From Atribacterota bacterium (GTDB taxonomy: Bacteria; Atribacterota; Phoenicimicrobiia; Phoenicimicrobiales; Stramentimicrobiaceae), in contig JAXGNR010000004.1 of assembly GCA_040767965.1 (NCBI GenBank), forward strand, positions 64,001 to 128,000: DNA of 64,000 nt, given 5' to 3'. The translations under genes and the position numbers were made by a program. Below the pieces are notes generated by a model. It was not told the origin of the DNA. It did not search any database and was given only the letters and a program-made list of their open reading frames with translations. Below, piece after piece: positions 49,673-60,219 of this stretch (position 1 is the first letter of the stretch; each line of letters opens with the position of its first letter).

Positions 49673-50269
49673 TCATCCTGCCATCTGATCAATTTCTTTC
49701 TTTAGTTCTCTGATATCTCGCCAGGTTAATTCTTTCGGACTTCCAGGAGTTGTCTCTTCATGTCTGAGCAGATAGCTGGGATGAAACATCGGGAAAATTC
49801 TTATTTTCCCTATCCAGTCAAACCATTGTCCACGGACTTTGGTAATGCCATCCTTAGATTTTAGTAAATATTTAGTAGGAATGTTACCCAAAGTAACAAT
49901 TATTCTAGGATTAATTAAAGCAATCTGGCTTTCTAAGTAGGGCATACAAATATCTACTTCTGATTTAGAAGGATTTCTATTGCCTGGAGGACGGCATTTA
50001 AGCATATTTGTTATAAAAATATCTTCTCTGTTGATTTGAACAGATTGTAGTATTTTTGTAAATAACTGTCCTGCTTTTCCTACAAAGGGCTTACCCTGCA
50101 AATCTTCAACCTCGCCAGGGGCTTCTCCGATAAACATTACAGGGCTATTATACTTTCCATCTCCTGGAACAGTATTATGTCTGGTTTTGTAAAGAGGGCA
50201 TTTTTGACAATTTTTTATTTTCTCAATAATTTCATCCATAATCAGAGGAATTGCTGTATTTTCAGACAT
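49673..50269 (-). CDS. Family 4 (Fe-S) uracil-DNA glycosylase
   Basis: CQKCPL, GEAPG, PFVGKAG, KCRPPGNR, HPSYLL. Confidence 0.94.
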   Translation of the reverse strand: MSENTAIPLIMDEIIEKIKNCQKCPLYKTRHNTVPGDGKYNSPVMFIGEAPGEVEDLQGKPFVGKAGQLFTKILQSVQINREDIFITNMLKCRPPGNRNPSKSEVDICMPYLESQIALINPRIIVTLGNIPTKYLLKSKDGITKVRGQWFDWIGKIRIFPMFHPSYLLRHEETTPGSPKELTWRDIRELKKEIDQMAG

Positions 50270-50433
50270 TGTAAGCCTCCAAAATGCCAAAGTAACAACC
50301 TATAATTAATATTTAATTAATATAATATCATTGCAGTAAAAGATAGACAAGTTTAATCCTGTTCAGGTTTTCACTAATTCTTATATTGTGATATTATATT
50401 AAAAATATTTTTAAATCTATAAAAGGAAAGTTT

Positions 50434-52158
50434 TTGATGACTAATACTGAAATTTCAAATATATTTAAAAGTATTGTAAAAATACTGAAGATTCAAGATG
50501 AAAACAGATTTAAAATAAGGGCATATGAAAGAATTGTTGATACTATCGAAAACCTTCCTGAAGAAATAGAAGTGATCTATAAAGAAGGAAGGCTAAAAGA
50601 AGTACCAGGCATTGGTGATGCTATAGCCAAAAAAATCGTGGAACTGATAGAGACTGGCAATTTAGAGTATTTTGAAAATTTAAAAAATGTGGTACCTGTT
50701 GAGCTGTTGGAATTGCTGGATGTTCCTGAGATTGGCCCTAGAAAAGCAAAACTTTTTTATGAAAAAATGGGCATAAATAATATTCATAAGCTAGAACAGG
50801 CTGCTCTTGAGCACAAACTGCAAAACCTGCCTGGAATGGGGGAGAAAACAGAAGAAAATATCCTGAAAGGTATCCAGTTATATAAAAAAAGAAAGAGGCG
50901 GGTTCTGCTCAATACAGCAATGCTAATGGCTGACAAAATTATTAAACAATTAACAAATTTTGGTCATATAGAAAAAATAAGTATTGCCGGGAGCCTTAGA
51001 AGACAGAAGGAATCAATTGGAGATATAGATATATTAGTTGCCTCTGAGGAACCAGAGAAAATTATAGGATTTTTTACCAATTTACCAGATGTGAAAGAAG
51101 TGTTAGCTGAAGGGAAAACCAAATCAGCAATATTAACAAAAGAAGATCTTCATGTTGATTTAAGGGTAGTTTCGCTTGAGAGTTTTGGGGCAGCATTGCA
51201 GTATTTTACCGGCTCCAAGGAACACAATGTACGACTTAGGGAAATGGCGGTCAGGAAGGGGTTTAAGATTAATGAATACGGGTTGTTTCAGATAAGTGAT
51301 GATAAAAAAATTGCTGGCAGGGAAGAAAGTGATATTTATCATAAATTGGGATTAGCATATATTATGCCGGAATTAAGAGAAGACAGAGGAGAATTAGAAG
51401 CAGGTCTGAATAATAATTTACCAGATCTGATTAATGCTAGTGACATTAAAGGTGATTTGCATATTCATTCTATGGATAGTGACGGAGTTAATACAATTGA
51501 GGAAATAGTAAACGCTGCCAAAGAGATGGGTTACCAGTATATTGCTATTACTGATCATACCCAATCCCTTCAAATTGCCGGGGGATTAAAAGAAGAAAGA
51601 TTAGAAGAGCAAATCTATAAAATTGATAAAATCAACCATGAACAAAATGATGTTTTTGTACTTAAAGGAGCAGAAGTTGATATAAAAAATGACGGCTCAT
51701 TAGATTTACCTGATGAAGTTTTAAAAAAACTGGATCTTGTAATTGCAGCAATACATACTGGCTTAAAACAAGAAAAAGAACAGATCATGAAAAGGCTTTC
51801 TGCTGCTATGCAAAACCCGTATGTAAATATTTTAGCTCACCCAACAGGCCGGATTATTGGATTTCGGGAGCCTTATGAATTGGATCTGCAGAAACTTATC
51901 CAGCTGGCAGCTGATACCAATACAGTACTTGAAATAAATTCATCTCCTGAGAGAATGGATTTGAATGATATAAATGTAAAAAATGCAAAAAAATTAAATA
52001 TAAAATTTGCTATTAATACTGATGCTCACCAGATAAAAAATTTGAAAAATATAACAAATGGGATATCTGTTGCCCGCCGAGGATGGTTGGAAAAAAAAGA
52101 CATTATAAATACTTTGCCTTTGCAATACCTGCTGACAATTTTAAATAAAAAGAAATAA
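50434..52158 (+). CDS. polX: DNA polymerase X with PHP domain
   Basis: [41 protein letters not shown]. Confidence 0.96.
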   Translation: MMTNTEISNIFKSIVKILKIQDENRFKIRAYERIVDTIENLPEEIEVIYKEGRLKEVPGIGDAIAKKIVELIETGNLEYFENLKNVVPVELLELLDVPEIGPRKAKLFYEKMGINNIHKLEQAALEHKLQNLPGMGEKTEENILKGIQLYKKRKRRVLLNTAMLMADKIIKQLTNFGHIEKISIAGSLRRQKESIGDIDILVASEEPEKIIGFFTNLPDVKEVLAEGKTKSAILTKEDLHVDLRVVSLESFGAALQYFTGSKEHNVRLREMAVRKGFKINEYGLFQISDDKKIAGREESDIYHKLGLAYIMPELREDRGELEAGLNNNLPDLINASDIKGDLHIHSMDSDGVNTIEEIVNAAKEMGYQYIAITDHTQSLQIAGGLKEERLEEQIYKIDKINHEQNDVFVLKGAEVDIKNDGSLDLPDEVLKKLDLVIAAIHTGLKQEKEQIMKRLSAAMQNPYVNILAHPTGRIIGFREPYELDLQKLIQLAADTNTVLEINSSPERMDLNDINVKNAKKLNIKFAINTDAHQIKNLKNITNGISVARRGWLEKKDIINTLPLQYLLTILNKKK

Positions 52159-52277
52159 TATTAAACTGTCTTTATTGATTTTAACAGTAATGAAATAAAA
52201 AAATACGAAGTATAAAAAATTTAGATGATAATTTAGAATAGACGAAATATTACTAAAATAGAAAAGGAGAAAGAGAA

Positions 52278-53366
52278 ATGGCAAAAATGACAGGATTGAT
52301 ATCTGATGAAAACGGCAAATTAAAATTGAAAGATATGCCTGTTCCAACTTTGGGAGATAATCCATATTCACCAAATGATGTTTTGATAGAAGTGAAGTAT
52401 TGTGGAGTATGCGGAAGTGATATTCATAATTGGGATGGAGGAAAAGGTGATAAGGTAAAAAAATCTCCCCCAAATGTGGTTATGGGTCACGAAATTGCAG
52501 GGATTGTAAAGGCAATAGGAGAAAATGTTACCAGATTTAAGCCTGGAGACAGGGTTACTTGCGAGATAGTTACTTTTTATTGTGGCCACTGTGCTGCCTG
52601 CAGAGAGGGAAGGTACAACATATGTAACAATTTAGAGCCTATGAAAGGAAGGGCTCATTTTGTAACCGGTGGAGGATTTGCAAAATATACAGTTTGGCCA
52701 GAAAACCAATTACATAAATTGCCAGAGAATATATCCCTGAAAGAGGCTGTTCTGATGGAGCCGACCGCTGGTTCTATTCATAGCATAATCTCCAGAATGA
52801 ATGTAAAAGCCGGCGAATCTGTAGCTATACTTGGCCCTGGAGCCAGAGGATTGTTAATGTTGCAAGTATGTAAAGCCATAGGTGCTGGCCCAATATTGAT
52901 ATCTGGTTTAACAAGAGATGAGTCATTCAGACTACCAATGGGAGAAAAACTTGGAGCAGATTACATTGTTAATGTAGAAAAAGAAAATATAAGAGAGCGG
53001 GTAAAAGAAATTAATGATGGTAATGGTGTAGATGTAGTTTTGGAAAATACAGGCTCAACTGAACCTATAGATGAATCATTGGATATTGCCAGAAAAGGCG
53101 GTAGAGTTTTATGGGCAGGAGGAGGAATAAGGGGTGGTATAATAGCACCTGTTGATACTTATAAAATAATTGTTAAGGAGCTCGATGTTAGAGGTGAAAT
53201 ATCACAGATTCCTTATGATTGGCTAACTGCTATTTATTTAGTTTCAACAGGGAAAATAGAATTAAAACCTTTAGTAACTCACACTTTTTCTCTAGAACAA
53301 TGGGAAGAAGCTTTTTCTGTAGCCGCAACCAGTCCTGAATGTTTGCGAGTGGCAATCGAGATCTAG
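52278..53366 (+). CDS. Zn-dependent medium-chain (sorbitol/threonine-type) dehydrogenase
   Basis: CGVCGSD, GHE, CGHCAACREGRYNIC, EP, GPGARG. Confidence 0.9.
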   Translation: MAKMTGLISDENGKLKLKDMPVPTLGDNPYSPNDVLIEVKYCGVCGSDIHNWDGGKGDKVKKSPPNVVMGHEIAGIVKAIGENVTRFKPGDRVTCEIVTFYCGHCAACREGRYNICNNLEPMKGRAHFVTGGGFAKYTVWPENQLHKLPENISLKEAVLMEPTAGSIHSIISRMNVKAGESVAILGPGARGLLMLQVCKAIGAGPILISGLTRDESFRLPMGEKLGADYIVNVEKENIRERVKEINDGNGVDVVLENTGSTEPIDESLDIARKGGRVLWAGGGIRGGIIAPVDTYKIIVKELDVRGEISQIPYDWLTAIYLVSTGKIELKPLVTHTFSLEQWEEAFSVAATSPECLRVAIEI

Positions 53367-53431
53367 TGACAAAATATTTATAAAAACTTTAAAGAGAAAT
53401 AATTATTATTTAAAAATATTTAAATTTTTAT

Positions 53432-53524
53432 AACAATTTAGAAAATAAAAAAGACCAGTTTTTGGCTAAATACCTTTTTATAGTATTTTTGCTGATGCTG
53501 GTCTTTTTTATTTTCTAAATTGTT
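53432..53524. repeat. 93-bp element with perfect 27-bp inverted arms
   Basis: aacaatttagaaaataaaaaagaccag (53432-53458) / ctggtcttttttattttctaaattgtt (53498-53524). Confidence 0.85.
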
Positions 53525-53830
53525 TTTGATTTTTTTGAGAAAAAATATTGCCTGTTTAAATTATTCTTATTGCACAAAAATATTTAAAATGGTATCCTAC
53601 AAATATAAATATTTCATGAAAAATATCATACAAATTATTCCCTAAACAAATTTATTATAAGCTAATAGCAAGGATTTAAGTTATGCTTATTTATTTTAAT
53701 TTGTTTCTTTCCATCACTTTTTTCGCACCTATTTAGTTATATTATATAGTCTAAACATCTTAATTTTATTCAAATAAAATTTGAGATAAAATACATAATT
53801 ACAATAAAAAATAAAAGGAGTGTAAGGATT

Positions 53831-54751
53831 ATGTTTAAGCCTGAAGGCGTGTATGTAGCCATGATGACAATTTTTGATGAAAATGGGGAGTTGAATGAAA
53901 AACAAATAAGAAGATTTGTAGATTTTCAAATTGAAAAAGGAGTGGATGGTATTTTCCCCAATAGTAGTCTTGGAGAATTTGTGAGAATGAATGATGCTCA
54001 AAGAATGAGATTGAATGAGATTGTAGTGGAACAGGCTGATGATAGAGTCCCTGTTGTTCCCGGTGTTGCTGCTGCCAGCACAGACCAATGTATTTCTTTT
54101 GCAAAACAGGCTGCTGATGTTGGCTGTAAAGCTGTTGTTATTTGTCCCCCATATTATATTCCTATTTCTCAACCAGAAATTCAAAAGCATTTTGAAATAA
54201 TTGCAGATAAAATTGAACTACCCGTAGTTCTTTATAATATACCAGGATTCACACAAGCAATTTCTTATGACACCGTAAATAACCTGGCTTCACACCCTAA
54301 TATAGTGGGAATGAAAGACAGCAGTGGGAGCATGGTTGATTTAATACATTTTAAAGATTGTGCTGGTGATAATGATTTCAATATGTTAACAGGAAGAGAG
54401 GATATGTTTCTCCCAGCGCTTTTTATGGGAGCCAAAGGTTGCATGACCGGTGCTTCTGGATATATCCCCGAGATAATGGCTGAAATATACAGATTATTTA
54501 AAAAAGGCGATTATGAAGAAGCTAAAAAGGTGCAAACTTCATTCTTGAAAATAGTCAGACTTGCAGGACAGCTTCCTTTCCCGGCAGGTCACCAGCTGGT
54601 ACTGGCATTAAGAGGTTTTGAAATAGCTAACAAACAGCCTCTGGCGGATCAATCTCTTAGCAAGTATGGCGAAATAAAAAAACAATTAAAAGCAGAATTG
54701 GAAGGATTAACAAGTTTGGGATTAGAATCTTTTGAAGTTGTTTATAAATAA
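53831..54751 (+). CDS. DapA/NAL-family aldolase or dehydratase (not DHDPS)
   Basis: PNSSLGE in place of GTTGE; LYNIP and GMKDSSG catalytic motifs retained. Confidence 0.88.
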   Translation: MFKPEGVYVAMMTIFDENGELNEKQIRRFVDFQIEKGVDGIFPNSSLGEFVRMNDAQRMRLNEIVVEQADDRVPVVPGVAAASTDQCISFAKQAADVGCKAVVICPPYYIPISQPEIQKHFEIIADKIELPVVLYNIPGFTQAISYDTVNNLASHPNIVGMKDSSGSMVDLIHFKDCAGDNDFNMLTGREDMFLPALFMGAKGCMTGASGYIPEIMAEIYRLFKKGDYEEAKKVQTSFLKIVRLAGQLPFPAGHQLVLALRGFEIANKQPLADQSLSKYGEIKKQLKAELEGLTSLGLESFEVVYK

Positions 54752-54788
54752 ATATTTTTTGTAGTTTTTATAAATAAGATAATATAGA

Positions 54789-54830
54789 AAATCAGACTAA
54801 TATCCATATCAAAAAATATTAGTCTGATTT
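54789..54830 (+). other. Intercistronic hairpin
   Basis: 15-bp inverted repeat aaatcagactaatat/atattagtctgattt. Confidence 0.7.
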
Positions 54831-54869
54831 CACCTAAAACCAACAAAAACAAAAGGAGAGAAAAAAGAA

Positions 54870-55592
54870 ATGTCAAAAGAAAGAGAATTATTGGAAAAGC
54901 TGAAAAATCATGACACCCCTTCAGTCACTAACGTAGTTGCCACTTACCCGAAAAACCCCTTATGCCTGGGTCTGTACAATCCCTGGAACCAGAACTGGTA
55001 CACTGATCAGACCATCCGCTGCATGTACCCTGAATTAGGACGCCTGGCCGGTTATGCAGTCACCTGTGTCTTTGGTCTGCCAGATCCCAACTACTCCAAA
55101 TTGTCCTTCATGGATGTCATTGATGCCTTAGAACAATCCCCCCAACCAACCATTTTAATACTCAAACAAGCCTTCCCGCCTGAAATAGCCGGTAAAGTAG
55201 GTCTCTCTGGCGGAAACATGACCACTGCCTTAAAATCTATCGGTTGTTTGGGAGTAGTCTCTGATGGCCCATCCCGTGATATCGATGAAATCCGTCCCAT
55301 GGGCTTCCAGTACATGTTAACAGGAGTAACTGCAGGCCATGGTGATATGGCAGTTCATGCTGTTAATGTTCCGGTTTCTGTAGGCGGTATGGATGTAGCC
55401 CCGGGAGAAATCATCCACATGGATGAAAACGGTGCCTGCAAATTCCCTGCAGACAAATTAGAGCAGGTGGTCAAAAACCTGGAATTACTCCAGAAAGAAG
55501 AAACAGAACGCATGTCCGCCCTCTCCAAAGCCAAAACAGCTGCTGAAATAAGAGCTATCTTTGGCGGTAAATCATATGGAGCTAAGAAATAA
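54870..55592 (+). CDS. RraA/HMG-aldolase-family protein
   Basis: DTPSVTN, GYAVT, GVVSDGPSRDIDE, VGGMDVAPGEIIHMDENG. Confidence 0.88.
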   Translation: MSKERELLEKLKNHDTPSVTNVVATYPKNPLCLGLYNPWNQNWYTDQTIRCMYPELGRLAGYAVTCVFGLPDPNYSKLSFMDVIDALEQSPQPTILILKQAFPPEIAGKVGLSGGNMTTALKSIGCLGVVSDGPSRDIDEIRPMGFQYMLTGVTAGHGDMAVHAVNVPVSVGGMDVAPGEIIHMDENGACKFPADKLEQVVKNLELLQKEETERMSALSKAKTAAEIRAIFGGKSYGAKK

Positions 55593-55771
55593 CAAAGACT
55601 TAAAAGATATTCTGCCTGCAGATTGCAGCTGGTAATAATAGATGCAAGAGGGGGGGTGAAAGTAAATTATAAAATATTGTTAGTTAATACTAATTTTAAT
55701 TTTCATAATTTGTCAAATAAGTAATTTAAGTCACAATAATTTATAAAAGGTATTAAGGAGAGCAGAATAAA

Positions 55772-56737
55772 ATGAAGAAATATTTAATTGTTTTAAGTTT
55801 AATAATGATAATGGTGTTTTCTTTTGCCGCAACATCTATGGCAGCATACCCGGAACGCCCTATCAGATCTGTTGTTCCCTTTAATCCAGGCGGCGGAACT
55901 GACTTATTGACCAGAACTATAGAAAAATATCTAGATCTTGACGGCCAACCTCTTGTTCCTGTCTACATTCCTGGTGCCTCCGGTCAAATCGGAGCAATGG
56001 AAACATATAGAGAAACACCAGACGGATATACCATCTTAGGCCACAACACCGATAACTTAATCGGTCAATTCTTATCTGGTGGAACAAATATAAGATTATG
56101 GGAAGAATTTGAAATAATTTGCAATATGGTACTGGACAATGCAGTAGTAATTACCCATCCAGGAACCGGCTGGAAAAACTGGGAAGATGTAGCAGAATTT
56201 GCCAAAGCAAATCCTGGTAAAGTATCCTGGGGTACTGAAGGATTAAGAACACCATCTGTAGCTGCTATTATGACCTTAAATGACCTGTATGGCTTTGATT
56301 TCCAGATTGTTCCTTATGACGGTGGAGCCAATGCCCGTGTATCTTTATTAGGAGGACATATTGAATTAGCCAGCGGCAGTGTTTCTGACATGCGCGAACT
56401 GCTGCGTTCCGGAGATGCAATTCCAGTTTTATATACAAGTGATAGAAAATCTCCATTTATTCAGGAAGGCGTATTAACTCCTACTGAAGCAGGAATTCCA
56501 GAATTTGGTATTACTCCAGGAGCTCAAAGAGCATACTTTGCTCCCCCAGGAACCCCCAAAGAAATAGTTGATTATCTGGCATCCAAATTTGAAGAAGTAG
56601 CCAATAACGAAGATTTCATCGCTGATATGGCTGCTGTCAACTATGGTGTTGATTTTATGGGTCCTGAAGAAGCAACTGCTCAGGCAAAAGAAGTTGCCAG
56701 TAGACTAGAAGCAGCATATAAAAAATATTTTGAATAA
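55772..56737 (+). CDS. tctC: Tripartite tricarboxylate transporter substrate-binding protein (Bug/TctC)
   Basis: Signal peptide, YPERPI, PFNPGGGTD, PGASG, PDGYT, VPYDGG, APPGTP. Confidence 0.93.
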   Translation: MKKYLIVLSLIMIMVFSFAATSMAAYPERPIRSVVPFNPGGGTDLLTRTIEKYLDLDGQPLVPVYIPGASGQIGAMETYRETPDGYTILGHNTDNLIGQFLSGGTNIRLWEEFEIICNMVLDNAVVITHPGTGWKNWEDVAEFAKANPGKVSWGTEGLRTPSVAAIMTLNDLYGFDFQIVPYDGGANARVSLLGGHIELASGSVSDMRELLRSGDAIPVLYTSDRKSPFIQEGVLTPTEAGIPEFGITPGAQRAYFAPPGTPKEIVDYLASKFEEVANNEDFIADMAAVNYGVDFMGPEEATAQAKEVASRLEAAYKKYFE

Positions 56738-56816
56738 AATAATATTTTATAAAGATATTATAAGAAAAATGCTGTAATGTAAACAAACTTGTTAATCATC
56801 AAATTAAGAATTAACT

Positions 56817-56863
56817 TAGTATCAGATACCTGACAATAAAAAGTTGCCAGGTATCTGATACTA
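56817..56863 (+). other. Hairpin after tctC (mRNA stabiliser or partial terminator)
   Basis: 16-bp inverted repeat tagtatcagatacctg/caggtatctgatacta. Confidence 0.75.
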
Positions 56864-56914
56864 TCTCTATTACCAACACAAAAGGCAGTTTCCAATATAG
56901 GGAGGATGAACTGA

Positions 56915-57436
56915 GTGAAGATTAAAAGACGTGATTTAATATTAGGTATTATCCTATTAGTTTCCAGTGTCATATTATTATTTGAAACCAACAGAATTCC
57001 AGACGGCCCTCTTGACAGGATGGTCGGGGGAGCCGCCAGCCCGAGAGGCTTTATAACAATCTTTATTTATGCCTTATTGTTCTTTTCTGTTTTACTTCTC
57101 ATCAGCTCTTTTAGGCCGGCAAAAAAGAAGGCAGAAGAACAAGCTGTTCCGCATAAGCTCATCTCAAAAGAAGTATTCTTTTTGATGGTAGCCTTGCTCA
57201 TCTACATAGCAATTTTAAGAACAGTAGGATTTAATGTCAGCAGTTTCCTGCTACTGATGTTCTTTATCACTTATTTACAAATGCACGAAGAAAGAGTCAC
57301 CACCAAAGATAAGAAGAAATTTAACAATATTCTCTTAAAAGCCTTTATCATCTCCATTTCTTCTTTGATATTCCTCAACGTGGTATTTGTAAATTTACTG
57401 AATGTGACTTTACCCATGGGCTTTTTCGGCTTCTGA
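56915..57436 (+). CDS. tctB: TTT small permease
   Basis: About 5 TM segments, C-terminal LNVTLPMG; lies between tctC and tctA. Confidence 0.85.
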   Translation: MKIKRRDLILGIILLVSSVILLFETNRIPDGPLDRMVGGAASPRGFITIFIYALLFFSVLLLISSFRPAKKKAEEQAVPHKLISKEVFFLMVALLIYIAILRTVGFNVSSFLLLMFFITYLQMHEERVTTKDKKKFNNILLKAFIISISSLIFLNVVFVNLLNVTLPMGFFGF

Positions 57437-57523
57437 TTTGCCTGTACTGTAATGACATGCTTATTGGTTTGAAGAGTAATTATGCTAAATATTTTTAATT
57501 AAAATTGGAGGAAAGTACTAGAT

Positions 57524-59026
57524 ATGGATATTATACTTCTTGGTTTGAAGTTTTTTTCAGACCCCATTCCTTTAATAGGATTAGCCAGTGGTGTCCTTTT
57601 CGGCATCATCTTTGGCTGTATTCCCGGGCTGACAGCAACACTGGGAGTAATTTTAATTATTCCCTTCACTTTTGGAATGGCCCCGGAGCTGGGTATTTCT
57701 ATTCTGATTGGTATTTATGTAGGAGGTATCAGCGGAGGGCTTATTACAGCCATGCTATTAAATATCCCCGGAACACCTTCTTCCTTTGTAACCTGCTGGG
57801 ACGGATATCCCATGACTAAAAAGGGTTTACCCGGCACTGCTTTATCACTGGGAGTGTTCTCTTCAGGAGTAGGAGGAATGTTTTCAGCCTTTGCCCTGAT
57901 CTTTATTGCTCCTCAGTTATCCAAGGTAGCTCTGAAGTTCGGCAGCTGGGAATATTTTGCCATCATGATCCTGGGTATGAGCGTTGTGGTTATGATGACC
58001 AGCAATAACCCGGTAAAAGGACTTGCTGCCTCCTGTATTGGTATCATATTGGGGACAGTTGGTTTTGATGTAGTTTCCGGTGTTACCAGACTGACCTTTG
58101 GTGCCTGGCAGCTGCAGGGAGGAATTCACATCATTGCTTTAACCATGGGTATCTTTGCAGTAAGAGAAATCCTTGCCCAGGTTAACTCCGGACTGCAAAG
58201 CGGATCTACCGGAGAGGCAACGGAGATTAAGGATAAAATTAGACTTATTCCACCGAAAGAAGTCTTAAAAGGTACCGGTCCTGCTTTTATTCTGGGATGT
58301 TTTTACGGAACTTTAATGGGAATACTGCCAGGAGTAGGGCAGGGAACAGCTACTATGTTAGCCTACAATGGAGCCAGACAGTTATCCAAGCAGCCTGAAA
58401 AATTTGGCACAGGAGCTCCAGAAGGTTTAGTAGCTTCTGAGACATCCAATAATGCTGTTTGCGGTGGAGCTTTGATTCCTCTTTTAACTCTTGGAGTTCC
58501 TGGAGATACCGTTACAGCTGTCTTAATCGGTGGACTGATGATCCAGGGCATTCAACCTGGCCCCATGTTTTTCACTGCTTATCCCAGAATGGTAGGAGCG
58601 ATTATGGTAGCTTATTTTTTAGCCAATGTCTTTATGATGATCATGGAGCTGGGCTTTATGCGCATTTTTGTTAAAATATCCCGGGTACCATTATCTTTAC
58701 TGTTCCCGGTAATCCTGCTTAGCTGTATCTTCGGTACCTTCAGTACCAATAACCGGGTCTTTGATGTATGGATGCTGGTAGCAATTGGTGTAATCGGATA
58801 TTTCCTGATTGAATGTGATGTACCGGTACCTCCTATTGTGCTGGGTTATATCCTGGGTCCGATGATTGAGAAAAACTTCCGGACGGCTATGTATACCGCC
58901 AGAGGCAATGTGATGGCAATAACAGGAAGACCGGTAGCACTGGCTATTGTAATCTTTTCTGTAATTCTGGTAATCTGGCCTTACATTTCTGATTATTTGA
59001 AAAGAAGAAAAGCTTTAACTACTTAA
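57524..59026 (+). CDS. tctA: TTT large permease
   Basis: GCIPGLT, NIPGTP, DGYP, ETSNNA, PLLTLGVPG, GIQPGP, LGYILGP. Confidence 0.95.
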   Translation: MDIILLGLKFFSDPIPLIGLASGVLFGIIFGCIPGLTATLGVILIIPFTFGMAPELGISILIGIYVGGISGGLITAMLLNIPGTPSSFVTCWDGYPMTKKGLPGTALSLGVFSSGVGGMFSAFALIFIAPQLSKVALKFGSWEYFAIMILGMSVVVMMTSNNPVKGLAASCIGIILGTVGFDVVSGVTRLTFGAWQLQGGIHIIALTMGIFAVREILAQVNSGLQSGSTGEATEIKDKIRLIPPKEVLKGTGPAFILGCFYGTLMGILPGVGQGTATMLAYNGARQLSKQPEKFGTGAPEGLVASETSNNAVCGGALIPLLTLGVPGDTVTAVLIGGLMIQGIQPGPMFFTAYPRMVGAIMVAYFLANVFMMIMELGFMRIFVKISRVPLSLLFPVILLSCIFGTFSTNNRVFDVWMLVAIGVIGYFLIECDVPVPPIVLGYILGPMIEKNFRTAMYTARGNVMAITGRPVALAIVIFSVILVIWPYISDYLKRRKALTT

Positions 59027-59079
59027 TAACTATAATTTTTAGTTACTAACTAAATAAAACAAAACTTTTTAATATAGTT

Positions 59080-59124
59080 TTAGGAAATAGTTGGTTTAAA
59101 GCAATTGCCCCAACTATTTCCTAA
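59080..59124 (+). other. Intercistronic hairpin
   Basis: 15-bp inverted repeat ttaggaaatagttgg/ccaactatttcctaa. Confidence 0.7.
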
Positions 59125-59143
59125 CTAAAAGAAGGAGAATTTT

Positions 59144-60091
59144 ATGTTTAAAATACTATCGGTTGTAAAAAACCTGCCAAAAGAAATAACCGCTGAATAC
59201 AAAGAAATACAGATTGATGAAAAAGATACTATGACCAAAGAAGAAATGTTGAAGATAATTGAATTGTATGATGGTCTTATTGCTGGGGACTCAATCCAGT
59301 ATAACCATGAAATATTCAGTAAAGCAAAAAATCTGAAAGTTATTTCCAGGTTTGGAGTAGGTGTTGATAATGTCAATATTGCAGATGCCAGTAAGTTTAA
59401 TATAAAAGTAACCAATGCTCCTGCTGCCAATGCAGAATCCGTTGCCGAACATACTATTTGTTTAATGATAGCTGCTTCGAAAAATATTGCAGCACTTGAC
59501 AGAAAAATTAAAGCAAAAGAGTGGCCAAGGAACGAAGCTCACGGATTTGAATTGGCAAATAAGACTTTAGGACAGGTAGGATTTGGCAATATTGGTAAGC
59601 TGGTATCTTTAAAATGCAAACTGGCCTTTAATATGGATATTTTGGTTTATGATCCTTTTGTACCTCCTTATGAAATGGGTAATTTAGTTTATGGTAAAAA
59701 ATGCGAACTTGATTACATTTTGGAAAATAGTGATTTTATTTCAATTAATTTACCGGCAAATGATGCTACAAAAAATATGTTTGGCATGCAGGAATTTAAA
59801 AAAATGAAAAAAACAGCGGTGTTAGTTAATACCGGACGTGGAGAAGTGCTGGTGGAGGATGATCTGGCTGCAGCAGTTAGAAATGGAGAGATATTTGCAG
59901 CTGGATTAGATGTTTTAAAGTCCGAACCTGTTTCAAAAAATAGCCCTCTTTTAAAAGAAGATCGAATAATTATTACTCCCCATAGTGCATCTTTCACACC
60001 GGAAGCTTTTAACAAAGTACTGAGAACAGTTTTAGAAGACCAAATGAAAATATTTAGAAATGAGAAGCCATTCTTTCTAATTAATAAATAA
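59144..60091 (+). CDS. D-isomer-specific 2-hydroxyacid dehydrogenase
   Basis: RFGVGVDNV, SVAEH, GFGNIG, VNTGRG, GLDV..EP, TPHSA. Confidence 0.93.
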   Translation: MFKILSVVKNLPKEITAEYKEIQIDEKDTMTKEEMLKIIELYDGLIAGDSIQYNHEIFSKAKNLKVISRFGVGVDNVNIADASKFNIKVTNAPAANAESVAEHTICLMIAASKNIAALDRKIKAKEWPRNEAHGFELANKTLGQVGFGNIGKLVSLKCKLAFNMDILVYDPFVPPYEMGNLVYGKKCELDYILENSDFISINLPANDATKNMFGMQEFKKMKKTAVLVNTGRGEVLVEDDLAAAVRNGEIFAAGLDVLKSEPVSKNSPLLKEDRIIITPHSASFTPEAFNKVLRTVLEDQMKIFRNEKPFFLINK

Positions 60092-60219
60092 TTGACCCAA
60101 AAGAGAAAACGACAAACCCAATGAATTCAAGCAATTAGGGAGGTGATAAATAAAATTATTTTTAGGAATTAGTTGTACTAATTTCAATAACTCAAAAAAA
60201 TAAATAAAAGGAGAAGAAA

